64,000 nucleotides of DNA from Parachlamydiales bacterium (GTDB lineage: Bacteria > Chlamydiota > Chlamydiia > Chlamydiales > SM23-39). Both the position numbers and the translations under genes were made by a program. The notes beneath the pieces are model-generated. The model saw only the letters and a program-made list of their open reading frames with translations, did no database searches and had not been told where the DNA came from. Where the stretch lies: the NCBI GenBank assembly GCA_050302075.1, contig JBNLAH010000005.1:64001-128000 (forward strand), read 5' to 3'. Shown here piece by piece: positions 9,332-19,903 of the stretch (positions are counted from its first letter, which is position 1; each line of letters begins with the position of its first letter).

Positions 9332-12300
9332 ATGTCTTGGATACCTCTTCATGTTCATTCTCAATATTCAATACTGGACTCTACAGCATCTGTTAAGCAG
9401 TTAGTCGCTAAAGCTGTAGATTTCCAAATCGGCTCTATGGCTCTCACTGACCAGGGAAATATGCATGGTGCTGTTGAATTTTATAAAGAGTGTACAGCAA
9501 AAAATATAAAGCCGATTATTGGATGCGAGCTTTGGTTGGCTCATTTTTCGAGACATGAAAAGAAGAAAGTCCCAAACATGCCGGTTGCTTTCCCTTTAGT
9601 AGTGTTGGCGAAAGACAAAATTGGATATAAAAATCTCTGTAAGCTTGTATCGATTGGCTATACAGAAGGATTCTACTATTTTCCAAGGATCGATAAGGAA
9701 GTTCTGCAAAAATATTCAGAAGGGCTAGTATGCCTTTCCGGCTCTATTAATTCACTTATTAGTTATAAAGCATTAAATCAAGAAGACGAGCTTGATTTTG
9801 AAATTGAGTGGTTTTCAAGAATTTTCAAAGAAGACTTTTTCTTAGAGCTTCAAAGACATCAAATGAGCGACTATGACATCCAAAATCAACATATGGATAA
9901 AGAAAGTTGGGTAGTTCAAAAGCTAAAAGATTATGAAAGAAAGCAGCAAATAGTAAACTCCAAATTAATAGATGTGTCCAATAGAAAGGGCATAGGGTAT
10001 GTCGCAACCAACGATACCCACTATCTCGAAAAAGAAGACTGGAGAGCTCATGAAATTATTTTAAATGTTCAATCAGGAGAACCATGCGAGATTTGGGAGC
10101 GTGACTCTTTTGGAAATCCTAAAAATCGAATACCAAACCCTAAGAGAAAAACTTATCCAAGTCACGAACACTATTTTAAATCCCCAAGTCAAATGGGAGA
10201 GCTTTTTGCAGATATTTCTCAAGCAATTGATAATACTAAAATTATTAGTGATCGGTGCAACTGTGAACTAGACTTCAATACAAAACACTACCCTGTATTT
10301 GTACCACCTTCGCTTCAGGGGAAATCTTTTTCCAAGCAACAAAGGGAACAAAGTGCAAATAAATATCTATATGAATTGTGCATCGAAGGAGCTAAAAAAA
10401 GATATACCAAAAGTGCACTTGATAAGGTCAAAGAAAAATACCCTTCAGAAGACCCCAAGCAAGTTGTAAAAAAGCGCCTTGATTTAGAGTTTGAGATTAT
10501 TTCTACAAAAGGCATGTGCGATTATTTACTTATTGTACACGACTTTATTTCGTGGGCTAAGAACAAGGAAATACCAGTCGGCCCAGGAAGGGGCTCTGCA
10601 GCAGGCTCAATTATTGCTTATTTAATTGGAATAACAGACATAGAACCTTTGCGTTTTCACTTATTCTTTGAAAGGTTCATAAATCCCGAAAGGATTTCAT
10701 ATCCTGATATCGATGTCGATATTTGTATGGATAGGAGATCGGAAGTTATCGACTACACAATAGATAAGTATGGTAAGGATCGAGTTGCCCAAATTATTAC
10801 ATTTGGAAAAATGAAAGCTAAAATGGCTATCAAAGATGTAGGAAGAGTTCTAAGTGTAGCTCTCTCAAAAGTAAACGCTATTGCTAAATTAGTTCCTGAT
10901 GACTTGAACATCACTATACAAAAAGCCCTAGAGGTAGACCCTGACCTCAAGCAGTTCTACGAATCAGATGAAGAAGCAAAAATGATTCTTGATGAGGCTC
11001 AAAAAGTTGAAGGAAGTATCCGGAATACCTCAATTCATGCAGCCGGAATTATTGTTTCTGAAGAGGCCATAACAGAACATGTACCGGTGTGCACGGCAAA
11101 GGATGCAGATATCATTGTTACACAGTACTCAATGAAGCCTTCAGAAGCTGTCGGGATGCTTAAAATTGACTTTTTAGGATTAAAAACACTGACTTCAATC
11201 CAGAAGGCAGTAGATCTTGTTTTTGAAAATCACGATAAGAAGCTGAATTGGTTTGAACTTCCCTTAGATGACAAAGCGACATTTAATTTGTTAAATCAAG
11301 GAAAAACACTAGGCGTTTTCCAGTTAGAATCAGGCGGAATGCAAGAGCTTGCAAAGCATCTTCATATCGATTGCTTTGAAGAAATTATTGCGGTAGGAGC
11401 TCTATATCGCCCCGGACCTATGGACATGATTCCCTCGTTCATTAATAGGAAGCATGGAAGAGAAAAAATCGAATTAGACCACCCATTAATGAAAGAGATC
11501 CTGGCTGAAACGTATGGTGTAATGGTCTACCAAGAACAGATTATGCAAATTGCAAGTAAGTTAGCAGGGTACAGCTTAGGCGAAGGTGATGTCTTAAGAA
11601 AAGCCATGGGGAAGAAAGACAAAGATGAAATGATGCGCCAGAAGGAAAAATTTATTAATGGAGCTAAAGAAAAAGGGATTGATCAAAATACTGCTGAAGT
11701 AATCTTCAGTAAAATCGAGAAATTTGCATCATATGGTTTTAATAAATCTCACGCTACTGCATATGCTTATTTGTCATATACTACAGCTTATTTAAAAGCC
11801 AATTATCCAAAAGAATGGATGGCCGCTTTAATGACATGTGATAGGGATGATCTTTCAAAAGTAGCTAAATTCATCCGCGAATGCCAAGCAATGAATATTG
11901 ATATTTTACCTCCCGATGTAAATGAGGCGTCAAGTGAGTTTGGCCCGGCAAAAGATGGGATTCGTTTTGCTATGTCAGGCATTAAGGGCGTAGGATCAAA
12001 TGCCGTTGAGGCAATCATTGAAGAAAGGAAAAGAGGTGGTTCTTATAAAGACTTATACGACTTCATTAAGAGAATAGATACATCAAGAGTAGGTAAGAAA
12101 AACATTGAGCTATTAATTTATGCAGGAGCTTTTGATTTTACAGGATGGTCTAGAGATCAGCTTAGAGAAAGTGTTGAGGCAATATATAACCAAGCATTAA
12201 AAGATCAAAGAGAAAAGTCACAAGGTATCATGAACTTTTTTTCTTTAATGGGAGAGACTGAAAAAACAAATTCTTCGCCTCCAAAAATTACCAGCCCAAC

Positions 12301-13030
12301 TGATAAGCAAATGCTACTTCATAAAGAAAAAGAGCTGCTTGGGTTTTATTTAACTGGGCATCCTATGGAAAGTTACCAGGAAGTTCTCCAGGACTTGAAC
12401 TGCACCCCACTGAAAAATGTTAGTCGTCTGAAAGCCGATGAAGTTTTTAAAGCGGCCTTTATTGTTGAAAATGTTCAGTACAAATTTACCTCTAAAAGCC
12501 AAAGAAAGTTTGCAATTATCACAATTAGTGATGGGATGGATAGGTTTGAATTTCCTATTTGGCCAGATTTATATGAAGATAAACAACATCTTTTAGTAGA
12601 TAATATGCTTCTTGTCGCAATATTACAGTTGGATAAATCAGATGATAATATTAGATTAAACTGTAAATATATAGAATCTTTAGAAGGCTTGACTCAAGAA
12701 AACATTACCTCCTTGGAAAGTGCTTTTGAACAGTTTAAGTCTCAGAAAAAAAGTAGACCAATGAACAAGCCTAAACAAATGAAGCCATCTGATTCGCTTA
12801 TTTTACATATGAACCTGTCATTAGCTCAAATGAGTCATATTTTGCATTTAAAAAACTTATTTAGACAAAATTCTGGCAACTCCAAAATAGAATTATACTT
12901 CCATGTAAATAAAAATTTTGTTGGGCGTCTTTCAATAGATGTTGCTTGGGGAGTTAAGATTCACGATGATTTAATGAAAAGTTTAGAAGCTTTAAATTTT
13001 ATATCTCATATTGAAGTTGTAAAATCTTGA
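9332..13030 (+). CDS. dnaE: DNA polymerase III alpha subunit
   Basis: PHP HVHSQYS, GPGRGSAAGS, PDIDVD, KIDFLGL, YGFNKSH. Confidence 0.98.
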   Translation: MSWIPLHVHSQYSILDSTASVKQLVAKAVDFQIGSMALTDQGNMHGAVEFYKECTAKNIKPIIGCELWLAHFSRHEKKKVPNMPVAFPLVVLAKDKIGYKNLCKLVSIGYTEGFYYFPRIDKEVLQKYSEGLVCLSGSINSLISYKALNQEDELDFEIEWFSRIFKEDFFLELQRHQMSDYDIQNQHMDKESWVVQKLKDYERKQQIVNSKLIDVSNRKGIGYVATNDTHYLEKEDWRAHEIILNVQSGEPCEIWERDSFGNPKNRIPNPKRKTYPSHEHYFKSPSQMGELFADISQAIDNTKIISDRCNCELDFNTKHYPVFVPPSLQGKSFSKQQREQSANKYLYELCIEGAKKRYTKSALDKVKEKYPSEDPKQVVKKRLDLEFEIISTKGMCDYLLIVHDFISWAKNKEIPVGPGRGSAAGSIIAYLIGITDIEPLRFHLFFERFINPERISYPDIDVDICMDRRSEVIDYTIDKYGKDRVAQIITFGKMKAKMAIKDVGRVLSVALSKVNAIAKLVPDDLNITIQKALEVDPDLKQFYESDEEAKMILDEAQKVEGSIRNTSIHAAGIIVSEEAITEHVPVCTAKDADIIVTQYSMKPSEAVGMLKIDFLGLKTLTSIQKAVDLVFENHDKKLNWFELPLDDKATFNLLNQGKTLGVFQLESGGMQELAKHLHIDCFEEIIAVGALYRPGPMDMIPSFINRKHGREKIELDHPLMKEILAETYGVMVYQEQIMQIASKLAGYSLGEGDVLRKAMGKKDKDEMMRQKEKFINGAKEKGIDQNTAEVIFSKIEKFASYGFNKSHATAYAYLSYTTAYLKANYPKEWMAALMTCDRDDLSKVAKFIRECQAMNIDILPPDVNEASSEFGPAKDGIRFAMSGIKGVGSNAVEAIIEERKRGGSYKDLYDFIKRIDTSRVGKKNIELLIYAGAFDFTGWSRDQLRESVEAIYNQALKDQREKSQGIMNFFSLMGETEKTNSSPPKITSPTDKQMLLHKEKELLGFYLTGHPMESYQEVLQDLNCTPLKNVSRLKADEVFKAAFIVENVQYKFTSKSQRKFAIITISDGMDRFEFPIWPDLYEDKQHLLVDNMLLVAILQLDKSDDNIRLNCKYIESLEGLTQENITSLESAFEQFKSQKKSRPMNKPKQMKPSDSLILHMNLSLAQMSHILHLKNLFRQNSGNSKIELYFHVNKNFVGRLSIDVAWGVKIHDDLMKSLEALNFISHIEVVKS

Positions 13031-13056
13031 CATAATCCTGAAATGCCGTTTAAACT
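13027..13056 (+). promoter_or_regulatory. Candidate sigma66 promoter for the bamD operon
   Basis: TTGACA (13027-13032)-N18-TAAACT (13051-13056), 27 nt before ATG 13084. Confidence 0.5.
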
Positions 13057-13083
13057 TATCTTTTTGCTTTATTTTATTTTTTT

Positions 13084-14001
13084 ATGAAATTTCGTCGATT
13101 AATATTACTCTCAATTACTTCTTTATTATTAATTAATAAAGTTTTTAGTGACAGCGAGCATAATAATGAAACATCAGTTCAAGATTATTATAGCTTGTTG
13201 AAAATGTCATATGAAGATCGAGATTTTGTAGCTTTATTTAACTACTGTGACATTATCATTGATGAGTTTGCAAATACTCCCTTTGTTGATGATGCTAGAT
13301 ATTTTAAGGCGCTAGGGTATTACCAAGCAAAGGACTTATCTGCAGCAAATGACGAGTTTACAAGTTATTTGAAACTCTCTGACACTCCAAAACATTTCGA
13401 AGAAGCTTTGAAATATAAATTTAAAATTGCAGAAAAATATAGAAATGGATCTCTTCGGAGAATGTTTCGCATGAAAAAAAGTCCTAAGATAGCACCAGCA
13501 AAAGAAGATGCAATTGAAATTTATGATGAAATAATCTCATCTTTGCCATATCACGACCTAAGTGCGAGGTCTCTTTACGGTAAGGGGCTTATTCAGATAA
13601 TTTTTGAGGACTATCGAGAAGCTATAGAAACATTTCAAGTGCTTGTTAAAAGGTTCCCAAAACACGAGTGTGCAATTGATGCGTATATTGAAATTGCTAA
13701 GACATATCATACGCAATGTAAAAAAAAGAATCTTAACCCAGAGTTGATTGCATTAGCTGAATTGAATTTAAAAAGGTTCAATGATCAATTCCCGGGTGAA
13801 GAAAGAATTAAGGATGTAGAAAAAATCGTACTAGCAATTAAAGAGCTTTTTGCGAAAAATTTATTTCAGACGGGTAGGTTTTTTGAAAGAAGAAAGAAAA
13901 AAGATGCAGCGATTATTTATTACAAGAAAATCATAGTCTCTTTTCCCAAAACTGAAACTGCTCAGTTATGCCAACAACGTTTATTAAAGCTCCAATCATA
14001 A
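13084..14001 (+). CDS. bamD: Outer membrane assembly TPR protein, BamD/ComL-like
   Basis: Signal peptide, TPR-like helices, C-terminal GRFFERRKKKDAAIIYYKKIIVSFPKTETA. Confidence 0.75.
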   Translation: MKFRRLILLSITSLLLINKVFSDSEHNNETSVQDYYSLLKMSYEDRDFVALFNYCDIIIDEFANTPFVDDARYFKALGYYQAKDLSAANDEFTSYLKLSDTPKHFEEALKYKFKIAEKYRNGSLRRMFRMKKSPKIAPAKEDAIEIYDEIISSLPYHDLSARSLYGKGLIQIIFEDYREAIETFQVLVKRFPKHECAIDAYIEIAKTYHTQCKKKNLNPELIALAELNLKRFNDQFPGEERIKDVEKIVLAIKELFAKNLFQTGRFFERRKKKDAAIIYYKKIIVSFPKTETAQLCQQRLLKLQS

Positions 14002-14552
14002 TAGCTGTTTTGCTTTTATTTTCCTCATGTGGATATAGAACCTCCAATAGCAAGACAATTTGTGTTCCCTTTGTGTCCGGAGATTGCTATGGCAAACTTA
14101 CAGATGAGATAATACGAAAAATCTCTGAGTCTACACAATTAAGTTTTTGTAATAATCAAAGTGATTATTCATTAAAAGTTAAGCTTGTAAAATTAGATCG
14201 AGAAACAATTGGTTACAGAAAAGACCAAGAGAAAGATTTCACTTTAAGAGATAATATTATAGCAAGCGAAGGACGTTTTAAAGCCATTGCATGTATATCT
14301 CTTATCGATAATAGAACATGCCAAATTTGTTTTGGCCCTTCTGAGATTAGTGCATATGTGGACTACGACTATGTTGATGAAAATTCACTTCAAGATCTTT
14401 CTTTTATTGATGAGAATGGACAACGAGTGACTGTATTAGACTTTTCTATAGGTCAGCTTGAATCAGAAGAAAGTGCTAGATATGCAGCTGAAGATCCACT
14501 TTTTAGATGTCTTGCTGAAAAAATTGTCGACGCGATTTCAATTCAATGGTAG
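13968..14552 (+). CDS. lptE: LPS assembly lipoprotein LptE-like
   Basis: Lipobox FSSC followed by GY; C-terminal helix LAEKIVDAI; adjacent to bamD. Confidence 0.7.
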   Translation: MPTTFIKAPIIIAVLLLFSSCGYRTSNSKTICVPFVSGDCYGKLTDEIIRKISESTQLSFCNNQSDYSLKVKLVKLDRETIGYRKDQEKDFTLRDNIIASEGRFKAIACISLIDNRTCQICFGPSEISAYVDYDYVDENSLQDLSFIDENGQRVTVLDFSIGQLESEESARYAAEDPLFRCLAEKIVDAISIQW

Positions 14553-14584
14553 AAGAGTATAATAAATATAAATAGTTTACAGCG

Positions 14585-14992
14585 TTGGCTATTAGAAAGT
14601 TTCCAGCAAGATTAGATCTCCTCCACCAAATGTTGGGTTGGATTTTAGAAAATATTGAAACTGTAGAGTTAAAAAAAAGTGACATAAGAAAGGTTGAAAT
14701 TGCGTCAGAAGAAGTTTTAGTTAATATTATCAATCATGCTTATCAAGGACAGTCAGATAAAATAATTAAAATCCAAGTCGATGTCAATCAGCATGTTATA
14801 GAACTAAAATTTTTTGATAATGGGCCAAAATTTAACCCTACTGAGGAAGAAATATCTTATGAAAGCGGCCTGCCTCTTGAAGAGAGATCTCTAGGGGGAC
14901 TCGGTCTAATTATGATCCATCAATACATGGATGACATTAAATATGAGCGATTAGGGGATATGAATAGGCTTACCCTTACAAAGCAAATTTAA
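14585..14992 (+). CDS. rsbW: Anti-sigma factor / Ser kinase RsbW
   Basis: HATPase_c motifs EEVLVNIINHAY, DNGPKFNP, GGLGL; TTG start. Confidence 0.9.
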   Translation: MAIRKFPARLDLLHQMLGWILENIETVELKKSDIRKVEIASEEVLVNIINHAYQGQSDKIIKIQVDVNQHVIELKFFDNGPKFNPTEEEISYESGLPLEERSLGGLGLIMIHQYMDDIKYERLGDMNRLTLTKQI

Positions 14993-15423
14993 GGTTCTTT
15001 CTTCTCAAAAGCAGTTACAGTAGCCTCAGTTTCTAGCATATCTATTAAAAAATGCTGAAGCACCTTTAACACATACCTTGGAGTATTGTATACTCCAGTT
15101 GTTTGAAATGCTAACTCAAAGTTAGGAGTATTTTTGTGAATCAAAGCGATTAGCACATAGGTAGTAGGATTTTCTAAGTCCATTTTAGGCACTATCCAGA
15201 TTGCAAATTGCTCGTTGAACAAGGTTACTTTTTCCATGCTTTCGATTACGTGAAAATATTGGGTAATATCATCAGGATCTTCAATGTCTTCATCCACTTT
15301 CTCTAATAGACTGCATTCATTCAGTAGATTAAGATCTACATTCAAAATTCCATCATGAGCCCATTTTGCAATGTTCTCGCTGTATTCTTTAAAGAGCTCT
15401 TCTAGCTGCAGTGGGTTCAGCAT
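14989..15423 (-). CDS. Conserved chlamydial hypothetical protein (CT550-like by position)
   Basis: GGAGG SD; between rsbW and dacC. Confidence 0.75.
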   Translation of the reverse strand: MLNPLQLEELFKEYSENIAKWAHDGILNVDLNLLNECSLLEKVDEDIEDPDDITQYFHVIESMEKVTLFNEQFAIWIVPKMDLENPTTYVLIALIHKNTPNFELAFQTTGVYNTPRYVLKVLQHFLIDMLETEATVTAFEKKEP

Positions 15424-15608
15424 GATAGCCTCCTTGTTCCTCCCCCTTAAATTAATTTTATTTAGTTTATTTCTAAATAGTCAAGGTAAATAATATTATT
15501 ATATAATTAACTGTAATTAACTATAATCAATATTAGTACCTAAAACTAGAAGTTAAATAAGGCGACTTGTATTTAATAGCAAGATAAAAGTACACTTATG
15601 GAAAAATA

Positions 15609-16790
15609 ATGAAGGATATGTTTAGGTTACTATTTTTTTTTATTACTGCAAATTTCTGCCTATTTTCTGTTGGCACAAATATTAAAATCACAGCAAAGTC
15701 AGCTATAGTTATTGATGCAAAAACAGGACAGGTCCTTTATGAAAAAAATGCCAATGATAGGTTTTTCCCGGCAAGCCTTACTAAAATTGCTACTGTTTAC
15801 TATACACTTGAAACTGTATCAGAGCTAGATCAGCTAGTAACTCCTAGTTCTGAGGCACTTCTCGAAATAGAACCCGGAATAAAGCATAAAAAATATGATT
15901 TTCCTCCTTATATTTTAGAAAAAGACGGAACTAAGATGTATGGGATTCGACCAAATACCCCGGTTCGTTTGGAAGACTTGCTTTATGGAATTATGCTCGT
16001 GTCTGGCAACAATGCATCAAATACCTTAGCTGAAGCTGTATCTGGAGATATCCTCTCATTCGTTGAAGAACTTAATGGATTTTTAAGGGAAAAAGGGATT
16101 AATAATACACAATTTAAAAATCCACATGGGCTGCATTTTCCAGGACATTATTCTAGTGCATATGACCTAGCAATGATCACGAAATATGCTATGGAAAATC
16201 CAATTTTCTCAAAAATTGTTAGGAGTATTTCTTATGAAGCTAAGAATAGTAACTATAAGATAATGCAGAGCAACAAACTCCTTCTTAAAGATAGCAACTA
16301 TTATTACCCAAAAGCCACTGGAGTAAAATTAGGTTATACTCATAAATCAGGGTATAACCTTGTCGCTGCAGCTGAAGATGAAAATCGAAGCCTTATTGGA
16401 GTTGTGCTTGGGTGTGAAAAAAATATTGGGCAGTATAAAGATATGATAAAACTCTTTGATACTTTCTTTTCTGAGGAAATTGTAGAAGACATAATTTTTT
16501 CAGATAGTCAGATTTTCGAGAAAATGATTCCCGGTGCTAAAAATCCAATAAGGGCTGCACTTTATGAGAACCTTTCTATTAGTTATTATTTATCAGCTAA
16601 TCCTCAAATAGAGGCCTTTGTAGAATGGACCAACGTGCAGCTCCCTATTAAAGAAGGTCAAATTGTGGGTAATCTTATAGTTAAAGATAAGGGGATAGAA
16701 TTAGCGAGAGCCTGTCTATACAGTCAAAATAACGTTAATAAAGAGTTTGGCAAGTGGATAACCGATTTATTCCCCAAGGTTTCTAAATAA
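15609..16790 (+). CDS. dacC: D-alanyl-D-alanine carboxypeptidase (peptidase S11)
   Basis: SLTK (SxxK), SGN (SxN), NPHGL, KLG in the KTG position; signal peptide. Confidence 0.9.
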   Translation: MKDMFRLLFFFITANFCLFSVGTNIKITAKSAIVIDAKTGQVLYEKNANDRFFPASLTKIATVYYTLETVSELDQLVTPSSEALLEIEPGIKHKKYDFPPYILEKDGTKMYGIRPNTPVRLEDLLYGIMLVSGNNASNTLAEAVSGDILSFVEELNGFLREKGINNTQFKNPHGLHFPGHYSSAYDLAMITKYAMENPIFSKIVRSISYEAKNSNYKIMQSNKLLLKDSNYYYPKATGVKLGYTHKSGYNLVAAAEDENRSLIGVVLGCEKNIGQYKDMIKLFDTFFSEEIVEDIIFSDSQIFEKMIPGAKNPIRAALYENLSISYYLSANPQIEAFVEWTNVQLPIKEGQIVGNLIVKDKGIELARACLYSQNNVNKEFGKWITDLFPKVSK

Positions 16791-17588
16791 TTCTAGAAAT
16801 CTTTCTAAGGTGAGTTCTTCAGCTCTTGTATTTTCACTTAGTTGCATTTTATAAAATATCTGCTGAAGCTGGGTTATTGAATATCTTTTCTTTAAAGAGC
16901 TAATGAGCTTTTTCCGTCTATTTTGAAATGTGAACTGTACAAAATCAAAAAAACCCGTTTCGTTTATTTTGGGGTGAACTTTGGGCTTTAAAACTAAGAT
17001 GCATGAATCAATCTTTGGGGCGGGAAAGAAAGAATCTTTTGGGACAATTTGAGCTATTGTTGGTTCATAATAAAATTGAACAAAACGCGAAATTGAGCCT
17101 GAAATTTTTCCTAGCCTTGCACAAACCCTTTCTCCAAATTCTTTTTGAACCATCAATGTTGCAGAGCATATATGCGAACTATTTTGGCATATTTTCTCTA
17201 GTATAGAAGTGGTCAAGCTATAGGGAATATTAGCAACAATTTTTAAGGACTTATGCCTTTTAAAAAGAGAATCAAAAACTTTTAAGATGTCGTCTTCGAT
17301 TAACTCAAAGTTTGGAAATTTAGAAAATTGCACAGCAAGCTCTTTCGCAAAGCGACTGTCTTTTTCTACAGAGATTACATGAGCTTTGGTTTTTAGTAGT
17401 GCAATGGTAAGCACTCCTGGCCCAGGGCCAATTTCTAATACTACATCATCTTCTGACACTTGCGATGTTTTAACTATTTTCTCTATAAGAGGAAAATCTA
17501 CCAAAAAATTTTGCGATAAAGATTTTTTTGCGAATAAATTTTTCTGCCTCAACCATGAAATTAGCTCTGAAGAATTTTTTGGAAACAT
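16767..17588 (-). CDS. rsmA: 16S rRNA m6,2A dimethyltransferase
   Basis: SQNFL, LEIGPGPG, VANIPY, MVQKE. Confidence 0.96.
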   Translation of the reverse strand: MFPKNSSELISWLRQKNLFAKKSLSQNFLVDFPLIEKIVKTSQVSEDDVVLEIGPGPGVLTIALLKTKAHVISVEKDSRFAKELAVQFSKFPNFELIEDDILKVFDSLFKRHKSLKIVANIPYSLTTSILEKICQNSSHICSATLMVQKEFGERVCARLGKISGSISRFVQFYYEPTIAQIVPKDSFFPAPKIDSCILVLKPKVHPKINETGFFDFVQFTFQNRRKKLISSLKKRYSITQLQQIFYKMQLSENTRAEELTLERFLELFRNLGE

Positions 17589-17589
17589 A

Positions 17590-18648
17590 TTATTCTAGCA
17601 CAAATGGAGTAAAGTCTTTCGGTAGTTCAATCTTTTGCTGATCATAGCAATAAAATGACCTAAGCTTTTCTAAATATTTAGTTGATTCATTAGCTATAGT
17701 TTTTTGCAAAACTCTTTCTTCCAGTTTATTGTAAAGAGTCTCAAAAGCAGCTGGGTTTTCCTCTGTGTAGTTTTTCAGGTGGAATAAACGATAGCAGAAA
17801 GATTTATTGTTTCTAGAGTCCTGTAACAATGGCTCACTAAAAGTACTTTTTTTGAGACTTTTTAATACATTTTGATAGCTTTTAGAGAGTTCTTCTTCTT
17901 TTACTTTGTATTCATCAGAAACTGAAATTGAACAATTAGGGTCAGAAACTTTAAGCTTGTCAATATGCTCTTTGATTCTGTCCATCTCAGGATTTTTATT
18001 GATAAACTCAGCTATTTCGTGTGCAATTTTTTCAGATAATTCTTTATTTTCAGAACGAATAGAAATTGTCCCGTACTCCCATTCTTTTTTAGGTGGGTTC
18101 TCCTGACAGTAGGTTACATATTCTTTCCTAAGCTCTTCTGGGGTGACTGATTGATATGCCTTTGCATTTATACGAAACCAGCTCATCCTCTGAACTAGGA
18201 TGTCTTCTTTAGCCATTTGCCAAGCTTCTTCATATGTGAGTCCAATTGAGTCGATTGTCAACATAACATTGGGGCCAAATTTCTTATCCACTTCTTTCCT
18301 GATCTCAGCATCTTCAACTTTTATCTCTTTGGATTCAGCATCTGCTAGTATTAGTTGAGAATTCACTATTTCATTTAAGACATGTCTCCAGCTATTCATA
18401 TAAAACTGATATCTTGCTTGCTGAGAATCTACTAGGTGAGGAAAGTTGTTATGAAAAATAACATCCATTTTTTTCATAACATCAATAACTGAAATGGTTT
18501 TACCATTTACCTTTGCTAAAATTGTATTTTTAACTCCAATGCCTTCATGTTGAGCTTCACCAAAAAGTGGTGGTGGCGACTGTGCCACACATGTAGCGCA
18601 AACTAAAGCGGCTAGTAATAGTGATAAAAAAAATGTTGGTTTCTTCAT
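17590..18648 (-). CDS. SurA/PrsA-like periplasmic chaperone
   Basis: Signal peptide, NTILAKVNGKTIS (SurA_N-like), degenerate parvulin-like region; start at ATG 18648 chosen. Confidence 0.7.
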   Translation of the reverse strand: MKKPTFFLSLLLAALVCATCVAQSPPPLFGEAQHEGIGVKNTILAKVNGKTISVIDVMKKMDVIFHNNFPHLVDSQQARYQFYMNSWRHVLNEIVNSQLILADAESKEIKVEDAEIRKEVDKKFGPNVMLTIDSIGLTYEEAWQMAKEDILVQRMSWFRINAKAYQSVTPEELRKEYVTYCQENPPKKEWEYGTISIRSENKELSEKIAHEIAEFINKNPEMDRIKEHIDKLKVSDPNCSISVSDEYKVKEEELSKSYQNVLKSLKKSTFSEPLLQDSRNNKSFCYRLFHLKNYTEENPAAFETLYNKLEERVLQKTIANESTKYLEKLRSFYCYDQQKIELPKDFTPFVLE

Positions 18649-18671
18649 AAAAATATCCAAAATTTAAAGAC

Positions 18672-19790
18672 TTATTGTTTCTTTTGTAAAACTGCTCCAA
18701 AAAAACCATCCATGCCGTTTTTGCAAGGAAAAGTTGAAAAAGGCTCATTAATCAATTGCATTTGAAAAGTTTTTTCAAAAAATTTTATTTGGTTTTCATT
18801 TTCATCTTTTAATATGCTACAAGTTGCGTAGACAATTTTGCCTGTAGGTTTTAAATACTGTAAGGCTTTTTCTAAAATTTTTCTCTGCTCTATGATTAAG
18901 TTATCAATAGTTGAACTATCTAATTTCCATTTCATATCTGGATTTCGTCTTAAGGTTCCCGTTCCACTGCAGGGGACATCTAAAAATATCCAATCCATTT
19001 GGTGCTTGTAACGTTTCAATTGCCTTTGATCTGATATGAATTGAACATTTTGTATTCCAGATCTTTTAAATCTCTTTTTTGCCTGAATAATTGCTGATAA
19101 ACGAATGTCATGCAAGCATAAAAGACCTTTATTCTTCATAAAAGGTCCAAAGGCTAAACTTTTTCCTCCTGATCCTGAGCAGTAATCTAAAACTTTTTCA
19201 GAAGGCTTTACTTTAGCTAGTAGAGCAGCTAACTGAGAGGCTTCGTCCTGAACTTCAAATAAGCCATTTTTAAAGGCATCTAAAGTGTTAAAATTGACTC
19301 TTTTAGATAAATTAATGCCAAGAGGAGATATTTCGCAAGGGACGACTTCACAGTGAGGCGACAATATTTTGATCAACTCTTCACGGGAAGTTTTTAAAAT
19401 GTTGGCCCTAATAGTTGTTGGTGCTGGATCATTAGAATTTTTACAAATGTTAATTGCGCATTCATAGCCATAATCCTTTACCAATTTATTAAATAAAAAT
19501 TTAGGGAAACTTACTTTTATATGGGCAGGCATTTCAGGTTTTTCATCTAGTGTAAGCTCATATGCATTAAGTCTTTTTTCCCAACTAACTGGCTTTTCAC
19601 AAAAATAATCGTAATATCCCTGATGTCTTACTAGTGAATAAATTGTTTCTGCAATTTCTTTACGGTCCTTTGATCCTATTTGTCGCAATCGTTTAAAGGT
19701 ATTTCTAAGAAATAAATCTAAAGGTCCCTCATAAGAAGAATAATTATTTAAAATCTCAAGTAAATGTTTTTTTCTAAATGAATTTTTCAT
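18672..19790 (-). CDS. RsmB/NOP-family RNA m5C methyltransferase (Fmu/Sun)
   Basis: VQDEASQ, DYCSGSGGKS, DVPCSGTG, VYATCSI. Confidence 0.92.
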   Translation of the reverse strand: MKNSFRKKHLLEILNNYSSYEGPLDLFLRNTFKRLRQIGSKDRKEIAETIYSLVRHQGYYDYFCEKPVSWEKRLNAYELTLDEKPEMPAHIKVSFPKFLFNKLVKDYGYECAINICKNSNDPAPTTIRANILKTSREELIKILSPHCEVVPCEISPLGINLSKRVNFNTLDAFKNGLFEVQDEASQLAALLAKVKPSEKVLDYCSGSGGKSLAFGPFMKNKGLLCLHDIRLSAIIQAKKRFKRSGIQNVQFISDQRQLKRYKHQMDWIFLDVPCSGTGTLRRNPDMKWKLDSSTIDNLIIEQRKILEKALQYLKPTGKIVYATCSILKDENENQIKFFEKTFQMQLINEPFSTFPCKNGMDGFFGAVLQKKQ

Positions 19791-19903
19791 TATTAAAGCC
19801 AATAAAGGCCTAATAATAACAGGAATCAAGGAAAAAGAATAGGGAGTTTATCATTGCTTGATGTAAATTAGAATTTAAATTTTAAAATATAAGGGAGACT
19901 TGA

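Noticed and set aside
9332..13030. Insertions in DnaE as a possible intein
   Set aside because: Insertions are short, with no Cys/Ser...His-Asn splice junctions or LAGLIDADG motifs
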